A stretch of 64,000 nt of DNA from Chrysomallon squamiferum (taxonomy: Eukaryota; Animalia; Mollusca), in assembly GCA_012295275.1 (NCBI GenBank), contig CM022667.1:11222001-11286000 (forward strand), in the 5' to 3' direction. The notes below the pieces were generated by a model. It did no database searches. It saw nothing but the letters and a program-made list of their open reading frames with translations, and was not told the origin of the DNA. Below are positions 47,262 through 62,206 of the stretch, piece by piece. A program made the position numbers and the translations under genes. Positions within the stretch are counted from its first letter, which is position 1, and the number at the start of each line of letters is the position of its first letter.

Positions 47262-47792
47262 TTTCTTTTCATATGAAAAAAACATTATGAGACAGTTAAA
47301 TTGGAAAATACCTTGAAAAAACGCACCCCATTACGGGTATCGACAATATGAATGCAACAAGGATACACACTAACATGACGAAATTTGGCCCTGCAACATA
47401 AAACTATGTGATTATAAACATTAATTAATTAATTAATTAATTATTATTTTTTCTTTGTTTTTCTTTTATATTAATATTATGCACCTAATCCATTTTTGTA
47501 TGTTCGTTTCTTTCCATACCTAAATACATACTTATACATCAGTGCCACATGCTTACATATATAGATACGAGTGTAGGTATGCCTGTATATAGTTAGGTAG
47601 CTAAGTAAATTATGCACTGGAGTATGTATGTCTATTTGACCTCACCTGTATCCATGTTAGGTATGTTTAGGGCAGTTTCATTTGGTCTGTATTCTTCGGA
47701 GTTCATCGGTAAAAAGTATAATTATAAAAAAAGAAATAAGAAAAAAAAAAAAGAAGTACATAAATGCAATAATTAACTAATTAACTAACTAG

Positions 47793-47880
<88 letters not shown>

Positions 47881-48188
47881 GTGTGTGTGGCTGAGAGATA
47901 GATAATTTATGTACGTATGTGTGTATGTTTGTATGAATGTATGTGTGTATATCTATGTAAGTATATACAGATATGCGTGGTATAATATTACTAATTGTTA
48001 AACCGAAAAGTAAAAGTAATAAAAATAAATAAATAAATAAATAAATAATAATAATAACAGTAATAGTAACAGTAATAATAATAAATCAGAAGAAAAGTAA
48101 GAATAATCATCATCATCATAATCATAGTCATAATCATGACAGCAACAACAACAACAACAAACAATAAAAATAACAATAATAATAATTA

Positions 48189-48252
<64 letters not shown>

Positions 48253-48652
48253 TGTAAAATTGCAGTAAGCAGGATATACGTATGTCGGGGTTTTCGGTCT
48301 GTATATTGCGCTTTTCACAGAATGACGTAACAAACCATCACACGGCGGAATCCCGCACGTTTCCCATCTGACACTGGGTTCTGTCGTGTAACAAAACGGA
48401 ACGCCCGTGCGCTCAGGGTCCCGGCAGAAGTTTTCAGACGCAGTCAACGACGTGTCCGGAAATGTGGCGACGTCGATGTTGTTGTGTTGGTGGGGACGTT
48501 GCTCGTCCCATCTCTGGCACGTCAGGCCTGTTATCGTTGTTCGTTTCTTTCCGGAATAAACAGACTCGGTACCGTTGGAAACGTCGAAACATTGGTCTGT
48601 ACATACAGAACAACAGAAGCAATAATAATAATAATATATAATAATAATAGTA

Positions 48653-48708
<56 letters not shown>

Positions 48709-48861
48709 TGTTATTTCCATATTAAACGAAATTTAGAAGTTTAATATTATTGCAATGAAACCGTATCAGGTAAATCATATTTACTTACACCTTTTCTTTA
48801 TTTCTTTCTTTCTTCATTAATTTTTATACTGAATTTAAACCTCTATCTCAATATCTATCTC

Positions 48862-48901
<40 letters not shown>

Positions 48902-50876
48902 CCTACCTACCTAACTACCTACATGCATACATACATACATACATACCTATCTTCCTACCTATTTATTGATTTATTGATTTATTTATATTCAAATTCTGCA
49001 ACGTTTGAAACCTGAGCACAGACGTATTCCACAGTCCATTCTCTCGGGCTGGTATTGAATAGTGTAACACCACGGGTATCCAGAATGGTCTGGGTCGCGG
49101 CAGAAATTCTCTGCGTGAGCCAGCGATTTGTCCGGGAACAGCTCGAGCTTCTTCATCCCGTGGGGGTGGGGGAACTGTGAGTCCCACCGCTGACAGACGA
49201 CGCCCGTCCTCGTCTTGTGGCGATGCCCAGAGTAAGCAGCTGTGTTAGCGACCACCTCAAAGCAGTCAGGTTCTGAAAGAGTAGACCGCGATGGCGTAGT
49301 TGAAGTAGTAGGAGGAAGAGGAAGTAGTATCTGTAACAGTAGTAGTAGTAGTGTATTGTAGTAGTAGCAGTAGGAGAGTAGGATCAGTTTTAGAGTAGTA
49401 GAGTAGTAGTAGCAGTAGCAGTAGAAGTAGTACGAGGAAAAGGAGGAGGAAGAAAAGAATATAGTAGAAGACGTAGCAGTAATTCAGATAGTAGTAGTAG
49501 TAGCAGTAGCAGCAGTTCTAGTTATAATAGTAAAAGTAGTACTAACTGCAGTAGTTGTACTAGTATTACTAATTGTAGTAGTTATTTTTGTAACAGCAGT
49601 AGTAGTAGCAGCAGTAGCAGTAGCAGTAGTAGTAGCAGTAGTGGTAGTAGTAGTTATTTTTGTAACAGCAGCAGTAGTAGTAGTAATAGCAGCAGCAGTA
49701 GCAGTAGTAGTAGCAGTAGCAGTAGTAGTAATAGCGGCAGTAGTAGTAGTAGGAGTAGTAGTAGTAGTAGTAGGAGTAGTAGTAGTAGTAGTAGCAGTAG
49801 TTATAGTAGCTGCAGCAGCACGGTAGTAATAACAATAGCAGCAGCAGTAGTACTAGCAGTAGTAGTAGCAGCAGCAACTGTAGTAGTAGTAGTGGTAGAA
49901 TCAGCAACAGCAGTAGTAGCAATAGTTGTCGTAGTAGCAGCAGCAGCAGCACCGCACATCAGTAGTAGTAGAGTGGTAGTAGTAGTAGTAATAGTAACAG
50001 TTACATTATGTAACGTATACGAACTTAAACATTCAGGAACTGAACAGATTTGCCATTTGTACTTTTGGTCAGTCGTGTGGCACCACAAGAACCCTCTGTC
50101 CTCGGGGTCACGGCAGAAATTTTGTGCTTCATCCACAGTTTTCTCCATAGGAAAGTCGTGGCTTTTGTACTTTCTGTGTTCATGAGGGTAGTCACGATTC
50201 CAGTGCTGGCACTGCAAACCCGAAAACGTCGTTGTCTTGTTACCTCTGTACAAGACCTTGCCTTTGAAGCTGAGATAGCATTCTTGCAAGTCAGTCCCTG
50301 CGATGAAAGAAATAAATAAATTAAAGAACGAATGAGAAAATGACGAATGGATCATTCTTACTCTGTGTATTTCTATCTGTCTAGTTGTGTGTGTGTGTGT
50401 CTCTCTGTCTCTGTCTGTTAGTCTCTCTCTAGTACAAGTCTAGTGGTGATAGTATTATTAGCAGTACTAGTACTGCAGTAATGCTACTAATAGTATTGTT
50501 GTTAGTAGTGGTAATAGTAGTACTCGTAGTAGCGAAACAATGGAAGTAGTAGCAGTAGCAGCTGCAGTAATGTGGTAGCAGTAGCAGAAGCAGTAATGAT
50601 AGTTCTAGTAGTTATTGTGGTATTAGTAATAGCAGCAGAAGTAGAAGGTGCAGTAGTAGTACCATTGTTAGTGATAGTAACAGCGGTAGTAGTTATAGTG
50701 ATGTTAGTGGTAGTAATAGCTGTATTAGAGTTAGCAGCAGTAGTAATGATGTCAGGAGTAGTTGTGGCGATGTTAGTAGTAGTAGTTTTAGTATGTAAAT
50801 AAATCAACAAACCACTGTGACAAACTTCTGTTTGAAACATGCAGACGAGACACAGCAGTAATGAAATGACTGGCAT
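46774..50876 (-). CDS. Type I membrane protein with three kringle domains, one TM helix and a ~90-aa cytoplasmic tail; no protease or kinase domain
   Basis: Exons 50813-50876 (signal MPVISLLLCLVCMFQTEVCHS), 50025-50297, 49012-49272 and 48336-48596 (each a kringle: Y-x-G...T-x-x-G-x-x-CQ-x-W...NFCRDP...C-x-T...C), probable 47646-47693 (weak acceptor), 47312-47390 (TM FVMLVCILVAFILSIPVMGCVF), 46774-47041. Phases are consistent. Confidence 0.82.
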
Positions 50877-51688
50877 GTGAGATCTGAAAAAGAAAAGATA
50901 GAAAGAAAGAAAGAAAGAGTATTAGATTCTGCACATGGTACAGAAGGACAAAGTCCAAACACCACCGCCCATATGTCAAGACTCGACCGAATGGCAGCCA
51001 TTAGATCTCATCCCGAGGCAAAACACGATATCGTTCGACTATGGTTGCATGTCTGTAAGTCTATATGTGTTTATACGTATGTGTGCGTATGTATGTGCGT
51101 AGGTAGGTAGGCTGATATATAAACTTGTTTATATAATGTATGTATGTGTGTTTGTGTGTGTGTGTGTTTGTGTGTATGTTATAAACGCTCTTCTATTTTT
51201 CATGCATACGTACTTACCTACCTACCTAGCTATCTACATGAAATAAAACGTATTATTGTCAATAATTATGTCTACGATATTTTACATTTTAAAATATTTA
51301 GAACTCCTGTTTCAAGTACTCTGACGAATAAGACTTCTTTTTAAAAACATAAATGCTCTCGTGTGTTTTTTATTAGTTGCCGACATCTTAGGAGAATTAT
51401 TATCTACGTCATCAGTCACGTCATTAATTGAGGTCTTCTATTACTATTATTAATTTTATTGTTGTCGTTACTGTTTTTGTTATTGCTGTGGTTATTATTA
51501 TTATCATCATTATCATCATCATCCTAATCATCATTACTACTGTTTTTGTTATTGTTGTCATTACTAGTATTTTATTATTATTATTATTATTTTTTGCTGT
51601 TGTTTCTATTGTTATTGTTGTTGTTCGTATTAATATTACTACTAGTATTGTTTTTGGCCTTATACAGTAGTTTTGGTGTTTTCTATTT

Positions 51689-51735
<47 letters not shown>

Positions 51736-51871
51736 AAATTATTATTATCATTATGATGATGATCAAATTGATTAATAATTGATCTTTCAATTACCTTTAT
51801 CATTTTTTATTTTTGTACTTATTTTGTCGATATATTACACACTCGCACACACTCACACACACACACAGATA

Positions 51872-51916
<45 letters not shown>

Positions 51917-52632
51917 AAATGAGAAGAAATGGCATCATTATATTTCGCAAAGACTGGAAAAGTGGCCTGGTCAAATTGTAGAAAAAGAGCGTGACTCCAA
52001 TATTTACTTTGTTATTAGATAATGTTGCTCCACAACAACAAACACAATATTATATTAAAAATATAATATATTATTAAATAAGTAAATATGCAAGGAAAAA
52101 CGGAAAGAAGAAGGGAAACAAACAGATTGACCGACCGTCAGACAGATTATGTAACGTTGTCGCTTTTTGGAATGATTCATAAATGCTCCAGGCACCAGTA
52201 TAATAATAATAATAATAAGTATGATGATGATGATGATGATGATGTAGATAGTGATAATGATGGTATTGATAATGATAATGATGATGATAATGATGATAAT
52301 AATATTAATACTACTACTACTAATAACAACAGCAGTGGTAGTAGTAATAGTAGTAACAGTAGTAGTAGTAGTAGTAATAGAGTAGCAGAAGTAGTCGCAG
52401 TGGAACAAATAGAATTAGTAGTAATAAAGTGTATAATGGATGTAACAACAATGGTGCGTTCGTAGTCGTCGTCGTAGTCGTAGCAGCCTTAGTAATAACG
52501 TGCAAAATGGATTTAACAGCACAGTGTTGCATTGGTCGACGTCGTTGTCGTCAAAATAGAAGCAGCATTAGTAATAAAGGGTGAAAAATGTATTGACAAT
52601 GTGGTGCTGTTGTTGCTGCTGCTGCTGCTGCA

Positions 52633-54037
52633 TTAGTCGTCTTCATCTTCATCGTCTTCTTCATCCGACCACAGTTCGAGAACGGTTACGTGTTCTCTCA
52701 GCTTATTCTTTCCGGCATTGTCCAGGCTTGAGTCTGACCGTTTCCGGTCACCGCTTGTCGACGGCTGCGTTGGCTGCGTTGACTTCGTCTTGTCGTCTTC
52801 GCGAGCCTTCTGAGCTTCGTCGTCTTTACGAGAATCACGACCCTTTCTGTGCAGAGGATTCCACGACGTGTGATCCTTGTGACCCTCGCGACCTTCGTGG
52901 TCGTCCTTGTTTAGCCCCTTGAGAAACTTGTGACCTTTCTCCGGGTTTTTCTCGGCGTCGTGGCTTTTTATATGCAGAGCTTTCAGCACTGACTGACCTC
53001 GGTCTGAATGATGAGCTTTGTCGACTTCGTGCCCTTTGCGATCTTCGTGATGTTTCCCTGCGTCGTGAACTTCGACACCTTTTCCTGCTGCACCTTCCGG
53101 TGCCGTGTGACGTTTTTCCTGAAGACCTTTGTCGGTGTCGTGACTTTTCTGATCTTCGTGTTTCTCCGTTTCGTTACTTTCCTGAACCTCTTGACCTCTT
53201 CCAAATATGCCTTCCAGTAACGAGAAACGTCGGCCGGCTTGTGGAGTTTTCTCAGCCTCGAGATGTTTCTCTATGTCTTGAGCTTCTTGACCTGTTCCAC
53301 GTATACTTCCAAGTGCTGAGAAACGTTTGTCAGCGTGTTGACCCTTCTCGGCCTCGTGACCTTTCTGATCTTCGTGATGTTTTCTGTGTCTTCACTTCCT
53401 TGAGCTTCGTGACCTCTGCCAAATAAGGAGAAAGGTCGGTAAGCTTGTTGACCCTTCTGGACTTCGTGATACTCATGGGCCTTCTGGTCTGGACCTTTCT
53501 GAACATTCTCAGCATGTTCTTCAGCATGACCTGGCAGAACGCCATGGCCTTTTGCATACAAAGTTTCCAGAATCGAAGGAACTCTGTGGGGTTCATTATC
53601 TCTTTCTCCTGCTTGAACGTCGGGACCTTTCTGAAGGTCTGCGCGCTTCAGAGCAGGACCGTTCTCTACGTCTGCCTGATCTTTTCCACGTAATGAGAAT
53701 TTCATAAATGAGAAACCTGCACCCTTTTCGTCTTCATCTGTCTTCTGATCAGTAACATAGCCGAGGTTATCCTCCGAAACAATTTCCCCTTTTGTGTCCG
53801 GGCGACGACGAAATCTCGTCAGAAAAGATAGTTTTATCCTGTTTTTAAAAGCGCGCACTTTGGACGATAAACGTGCCTCATGTTCCATTTCGATGAACCT
53901 GTTAACGAAACATTTATGTTGAATTAACCTTAAAGGCTGACTGACACACACGTAGATACACTTACACATACAAACATTCACATATGCACACTCGCACACA
54001 CACTGACTGACACACACAAATGGACAGACAATCAAGC

Positions 54038-54070
<33 letters not shown>

Positions 54071-54355
54071 AAACATAGTAATAATAACAACGACGACGAT
54101 GACAACGACAACAAAACAATAACAAAGGATAGTTACTGACGTACCTCATATATGCATAGATTCCAATAAAGAATAAAAGAGCTAACATTACATAAAGTCC
54201 GACAACCAAAGGAAACTCATTTCGCTCCGGATTGAAACCTACAAAAAATAGAACAAACTATCATAACAAATAAATAAATAAACAAACAGTTAATCAAGCA
54301 TGTAAGAAAACAGTCAAACAAACTAACAAATTATCAACTAAGTAAATAAATAACT

Positions 54356-54386
<31 letters not shown>

Positions 54387-54673
54387 GAAGAAGAAGAAGA
54401 AGAAGAAGAAGGAGGGAGGAGGAGGAGGAGAAGACGAAGAAGAAGAAGAAGAAGAAACAAGCAAATGAATCAATAAATAGCGAAGAATGTACAATAACAA
54501 AAATGATCACAAAGATAACAAGGACGACGGCGACAACACTAACAACAGGAGCTTTTAACAACAATACCAGTAACGATTTAGAAATGTGTGTGCCTGTCTG
54601 AAGGTGTTGTAATTTTGTTGACTTTTGCAACAGTAACAATTTCATCATATTAAATGTAACATGAAATAATAAA

Positions 54674-54729
<56 letters not shown>

Positions 54730-55045
54730 TTTAAAAATAACACCACCACTACCAACAGCAGCAGCAGCAGCAGCAACAACAACAACAACAACGACAATAA
54801 TAATAATAATACCAGGACATTCCTCGAATGAATAACAAAGGTGAGTTTTAGTTTTCTTTTCGTAAGTGCAGTTGCTATGGAAACATCTCTGTCTCTCAAG
54901 TGTTTGGGTTTTAACGCCGAACCCCATACATGTCCTACTGCAGGGACTGTCAACCTGCACACCCCATCGTGTCCAACTGTACAGATCTACAACTACAACG
55001 ACAACAACAACTATAATAATAATAATAATAATAATAGTTGTAGCT

Positions 55046-55091
<46 letters not shown>

Positions 55092-55295
55092 TAATAATAG
55101 TAGTTCTAATAATATTAATAACAGCAAATACTACTAATAGTAGCGATGATGATAACTGATAATACAGAGCAAAAACAACAACATGAATAAGAAGAATGAT
55201 AATAATGATAATACAGATAATAAATTGAAAAGAAACAGTAGTAGAGGCAGTTGTAACGATAGCAACAAGGACAGCAATAATAATAATAATAATAA

Positions 55296-55326
<31 letters not shown>

Positions 55327-55602
55327 AAGAAGAAGAATGGAAAGTAGAATGTGGGGAGAAAAGAAGAACATCATCAGCAGCAGCAACAACACCAATAACA
55401 ACAATATATTTTAAAGGGATGTTAGGATCACTGTTACAATTGTGTTACCTTCGTTGGTGTCAGTGCTTATTTCGTAGTCTGACATAATGATGTCCCTAAT
55501 AATAATAATAACAACAACAATAACGACAACAACTATAACAAAATAAAGATGATGAGAACAAAAATGATGATGTTGTTGATAATAATAATAATATACTACT
55601 AT

Positions 55603-55637
<35 letters not shown>

Positions 55638-55732
55638 TTAATAATAATGAAGATAATTACGATGATATAAATATAAAAGAAAAAGAAGTAGAAAGCAATT
55701 TTAAAAAGATTAATAATAATAATAATAATATA

Positions 55733-55795
<63 letters not shown>

Positions 55796-56030
55796 CAAAT
55801 ATCACATCAGTAGTATGAACGAAAATAGCATTTAATGCAGTCATATTAATAGCAACAACAAAACAATAGTAACAGCCCCAACTGTACGATCACTCTTACT
55901 GATTTGCCAGTCACTTAGTGCACACGTCAGAAAACAAATGATAAACAAATAATAACCATGTAAAAATATACTATAAACTCCTGGAATATTTTTTAGTTTG
56001 CGCTTCTTATCTCTTCTTTATTGTCATCAT
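52633..56030 (-). CDS. Single-TSP1-domain type I membrane protein, paralog 1, with a long His/Glu/Lys/Gly-rich repetitive cytoplasmic tail; apparent 1-bp frameshift at 53380-53383; start codon unresolved
   Basis: Exons: hydrophobic leader ending at 55900 (YYLFIICFLTCALS, donor GTAAGA; 5' end uncertain), probable 55449-55478, 54813-54986 (YSWTRW...CSRTC...R.RC...C...C...CP, TSP1), 54145-54238 (TM), 52633-53898 (tail). Adding one A to an A4 run joins ORF 53271-54209 to ORF 52633-52989. Confidence 0.72.
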
Positions 56031-56477
56031 GCAAAAAAAATGTAGTAGCGAAAGCAAAGCAACTTTTAATGACGTTATTCACAGTCTCGATTTTATTGGA
56101 TTCTTTATATTGTGTGATGTCGGTGGAATTCGGATGAATTCGGATTTTTGAGTCTTGATTTTATGCCATTTCAGACAACGTCCAAATTAATTTTATGATA
56201 AAATATTTTCAGCTGTTCCTTAAATTTCATGTAATATATTTATTAGGGTAAAATCAGTAAATAGATAACTTTAATTTATAAATGTTATAATACGAATTCG
56301 GCCGGAATTTTTATTTAGTAATTCGAAATTAGAAAATGCACGATCATTTTGAATCAGTATTATATAAATTATTTATTTACTTATTTATTTATTTATTTAC
56401 ATACTTAAAAAAAATTCACGGATAAGAGATAAGGGCGTAAGTTTCCCATCTTCCATGGTTTTTTATTTCTTCACACA

Positions 56478-56513
<36 letters not shown>

Positions 56514-58029
56514 TGAAATTTAAACAAAATGTAATAAATAAGGAACTATCAACATTTTAAACTTATCAGTGTTATCGTCCTAAAATACAATCATTATAAC
56601 ACCTAATTCTTTCCTGTCATCGGCAAGTTTCACTTAACTTGCCTTTTTCTGCTAATCCAGAAACACTAGCCCCTAGCTTAGCAGAACATTTCTTATTTCA
56701 TTATCAGAAATCATAGACAAATGTGATTGTATCTTGTGATTGTTTTAGAATGTTGTTATTATTCTTCCTGTGTTTGACATTACTGCTGTTCTTATTATTC
56801 TTATTGTTGTTCTTTGATTACTTATTTCTTCCACAGTGCTGTCATTAATAAATGATATTAAAAATGCTGTTATTGTTGTTGTTTTCTCTTCTTCTTTTTT
56901 TATGGTTACTGTCAGTATTGATGTTCTGGTTATTGCTATTATTATTATATCACCACTACTGTAAAGAGTAATTATGATTTATTTTGGGGGTTTTTAAAAC
57001 ATTTTTATTTATCTATTTTTAATTCTTCCATTACAATTACTACTGCTGTTGCTATCACTAACAATATTACTAGTACTTACTATTTATTTACTTTGCTCGT
57101 CCTACAATCACAACACCATCATCACTATAACTACTACTATTAAAATTACTGTCATTACTTCAGCTGCTACTATTACTGCTGGTAGTATTAGTAGTACTAG
57201 TACAAGTGTACAAATTTAATGACTGCCATCACTATTTAACAAAAATATATCCACCAATTAATTAAACAAATAAACATATAAAATAACTCAAAAAAAAAAA
57301 AATAATAATAAAAAAAATATATATATATATTTTAAATTGATTAAATAAATAAAATAAATAAATAAATAAAGGTTAAATGTTTCTTTAAATAATATAGTTT
57401 TATCTCCTTTGCTGATTAACATTATAGATACCTGAATCATCACTGACAAGATTTTAATTATAATAATAATTTAATTATAATTGTTATTCTGTTAATGATG
57501 TCATCATCTTGGGAAATGATTAGTACTGATTAAGAAAGTACAATGGTCTGGATTTAATGTGTTTATTCATTTCAAATGAATATTTATGTAAATAAATATT
57601 TAATAAATATGTTTATAAATAAATATGTAAGTATGTACATAAATTAGTAAGTAAATAAATAAATAAAGGAGGACATAAATGATAATAATAATAATAATAA
57701 TAATATAATAATAGTAGTAACAATAATTACAATAATAATAATAATAATAGTTGTAACAATAACAATTACAATAATAACAACAACAGCAACAACAACAATA
57801 ATAATAATAATAAATAAATAAATAAATAAGTATATGCTCCAGTCATTATAAACAAAGCAAACAAACAATAACAATTGCAATAAACAACAATTATAACAGT
57901 CATTATTTATACTAAATACATTTTTATGAGCACAAAACATCATCACATCCTACAATATTAAGAATAAAAAACCAGTAACATATTTATCAACAGCACTGCT
58001 TGTTACACTGTATTTATAATTAGTCACTG

Positions 58030-58570
58030 CAACCAACACCAACATCATCAACATCAGCACACTAACATCACCACAATCAATACACAAAGAAGACATCAAA
58101 CATCATTATGATCAACACACTAACATTATTATAGTCAACACTAACATCACCATAATCAACAGTAACTTGACCGTAACTAACACACTAACATCACCATAGC
58201 TAACATACAAACATCACTATAATTAAACACTAATATCACTACACTAGCATTACTGGAATAAATACACTAATATTACTAGAATCAATACACTAATATTACT
58301 ACTATCAATTCACTAACATTACCAAGATATCAACATAACCAAAACATTAGTCCTGTCATGACCAGAACACTAACATCATAACCAACATACAAAAATCAAA
58401 ACCAAAATACTAACATCACCATGATCAACATACAAACATCCCTGTAATCAACACACTAACATCTCCACAGCTAATTTTAACATCACCATAGTCAACACAC
58501 TAACCACCTCATAGCTAACACACTGACATCACCATAGGCAGCATGCTAACATCACCATTATGAATACATT
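58030..58570. repeat. Degenerate ~21-23-bp minisatellite (consensus near CAACACACTAACATCACCATA), ~20 copies, downstream of TSP1 paralog 2
   Basis: Recurrent ACACTAACATCACCA / ACACTAATATTACTA cores. Confidence 0.7.
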
Positions 58571-58860
58571 ATACAATCAAAACCATCATCACCCATTGCC
58601 AACAACAACAAGAATAAAAGTAGAGCAACAGCAAAATGATGCTAACATCATCCGAATTTACCCTAAACACAACCACTGTAACCACCAATCAACCCATTAA
58701 CATCACCAACAACAATAACACTATAGCCCAGCAAAAAGTGATGATGATGATGATGATGATGATGATAATGATGGTGATGATGATGACGACAACAACAACA
58801 AGAAAAACAACAAACAACAGAAGTAAATAAACAGAGAAACAAAATTTAATATTTCTTAGT

Positions 58861-61179
58861 TTACATCTGCACAATTTTTTGTTTATTGCTCTCTTCGTCT
58901 GTCAAGATGTCCTCAACATTTATGTGCTCACGATACATCTTCTTCACTGTCTCATCATCACTCGAACTCTCTATCTGTATCTCCACCTTTGGTTTGTGAA
59001 CACTTTTCTTAGGCTCTTTTGGAACGTCAGAAACAGTCTTACTCTTTTTATTACGTTTCTCTATCTCGGTGAGAATCCATTCATCCTTGTAATGTTCCGA
59101 AGTGAACGAGAAAGCTAGATTGTCTTGTCCAGAATTTTGTTCGTCGAACATGTTTGCCTTCTTTTTCGGTTTTTGGCTGCTGACTTTGCTGAGTGATTTT
59201 TTAAACGTTTTCAGACATGAAGAGGTTCCGTCGTAACTGTCAATTAAATAACGTGAGATATTTTAGTTAAGGATCACTAGCATTGTGTCTGGCAGGTGAA
59301 CAGAAAGACTCCCAGAAAGATGGGTTAATGAATGGATGGTTTGGAGAGATGGAGAGATGGAGGAACATAAATGAATAGCTAGAAAGTTCGTAGTCAGGTA
59401 AATAAACAGAGCGACAAAAAACAAAAACAAAAACAAAACAAAATATATATATATATACATAGTTAAAGTAGCACATAGATATATAGACAGAAATGCATGA
59501 GTTAAACAGACAGATGAATGGTCAAACAGACTGACATTCAGAAACACTAAAAACAAGGTATACAGGCAGACAGGCAACCAACATATATATATACATACAT
59601 ACACACATACACATATATGAAAAGAAACATTTTGTAGAATACTCTATGAAACAGAAAGTAGAAAGTTAGAGAATGAGTCAGATTGTGATACATAAACAGT
59701 GCAGATATATGCAGACAGACAATAAGAAATAAACAAATATGACAATGCTTTGATATTCTGAAATTTCCTTGTTACTCTCAATTTCAAACAAAGAAAACCT
59801 TACAGAGACTCAATTTTGACACACAAAAAAGTAATTTTTTCATTTTTGACATAGGCGGTTATATTTAAATTATATTAAATATTAGTGAAAATAGATTCTT
59901 TAATTCAGTTTTATGATCAAAACAAGATTTAAAAAAAATTATTTTTTTTTTTTTTTTTTTTTTTAAATTTGAAACTTCATTAATGTGAAACATTATGGGA
60001 GTCAAATAATATTTTAACTAAAACAAAATGCAGGGTATGAAGATTCTGTTCTATAATTTGTTTTTTACAAAAAATACTGCAAAATGGTTATAAATTATTA
60101 AACTAAATATTAGATATGTATGTTTGTCTGTTCTGTGTAAGTGTGTGTATGTGTGAGTGTATATTGTGTCTAATATGTGTGTGTGTGTGTGGAAGTGTCA
60201 GTTTGTTCTGGGTATATATGGGTCTGTGTATCTAACTGTATTTGTCATTCTGCATGTGTATATGTGTGTCTCTGTGTTATAAACATGTGTTAGTGAGTAT
60301 ATTCTGTACGTGTGTGTGTTTATGTATGTGTAAATCTGTTCTTGGCATATGTGTGGAAGACATTATGTTTTGGGTATGTGTTTGTGCGAGTATGTATACA
60401 TTTATATCTACATCTATGTAAGCTGTACCTGGCTATTAGTGTAAATAACCAACACTCAGGCCATGTACCCTGCTGAAGTACAAATACGTAATAGGTGTAA
60501 TGATTCCTCATCTACAAATTTCCCAATTTAAACCAAACAGCCATATTATGTTTGGTATATCATTCAGTTTCAAATATCAAATATTTTCTTACATTCTCCA
60601 ACACACTTGAAATGAATTTCCCAAATTCCTGACAAAGGCTAATGAGCAAAACAGATAATTCCCTTTAGATGTTATTTTATTTTAATCCATAAAGAATTTT
60701 AGATCATGTTGGAGGAGCAATAAATATATAAGACAGACAGATAGATGCACTGACAAAGACAGACAGACAGACTTGGAAGGAGATGCACAGAATATGACAT
60801 CATTAACAATGTAAAAAATTAAAGCAATAACCAAAAAAAAAAATAATAATAATGATAAGAAAAAGATCAATAGCAACAACAATTAAAATAATTACAAGGT
60901 AATAACAGTGATAGGAATAACAAAAACAGTAACAAAAATAAAATAATAATAATAATGAGAACAAGATCAATAGAGAGAATATCAAAACAATAAAAAATAG
61001 TAAAAATAAATATAAAAATAAAAAAAAAAATACTAGCACCCCCTGAAAAAATAAAAACAGACCAACAACAAAAAAAAAATAATGATAAATACAAGATCAG
61101 TAGTGATCACATCATCTAATAATGAAATAATAGCAATAATAATGATAAGAATAATATAATATAATAATAACAATGACAA

Positions 61180-61220
<41 letters not shown>

Positions 61221-61695
61221 GAAGTAGTTCTAATAATATTAATAACAGCAAATACTAATAATAGTACCAATGATCATAACTGATAATATAGACCAAAACA
61301 ATAACAAAATAAAACAATAGGAATAGCAACAACAATAAGAACAATAAAAACACTACCATCACCAATACAAAAAATAAACAGAAAAAGTAATGACAAGAAT
61401 AATAAATCAAATAAGAATAAGAACAACAAAAACTATAAAGGCAACAGCATAAACAACAACAATAACAATAACAATAACTCTACAACAGTAATAATCATTA
61501 CATAATTATGCTTAAATTGACACTGCCTTTACCTGTAGAAAATATAAAGTCCTCCTATGAAAAAAAACAGGATTAGACCAAAAAGTCCAATAATTAACAA
61601 TATTGTATTAATGTGATCCTTGGAACCTGAAAAAAAGAAAAACAACAATATATATATACAAAATAAAATAAAATGAATAAATAAATAAATAAAAA

Positions 61696-61743
<48 letters not shown>

Positions 61744-62165
61744 TGACAAATGAATTAATAAATAACCAACAACCACTACAACTACTTGTACTATGCTTTT
61801 ACTCATCAACTATTGCCCCTGGTATTTCGAGTACTATTACTATTGCTATTACTGCAACCACTACTACTACTATTCCTGCTACTACTACCCCTAGTACTGC
61901 TGCTGTTGCTGCCAGTATTTTCACTACCACAACAATTTTTTTTTAATGTTACTATAATACTATTACTACTAATACTTGCACTGCTACAATTACTAATATT
62001 ATTACTATTACTTTTGTTATTTCTACTACAACTATAACTGCTATTATTCAATTAGTATTACTACTACTACTAATACTAAAATTCTACTACTATTACTACT
62101 ATTATCAGTAATACTACAGCTGCTATATCAACCATTAATACAAATTCTATCATGGCAAATATTCA

Positions 62166-62206
<41 letters not shown>

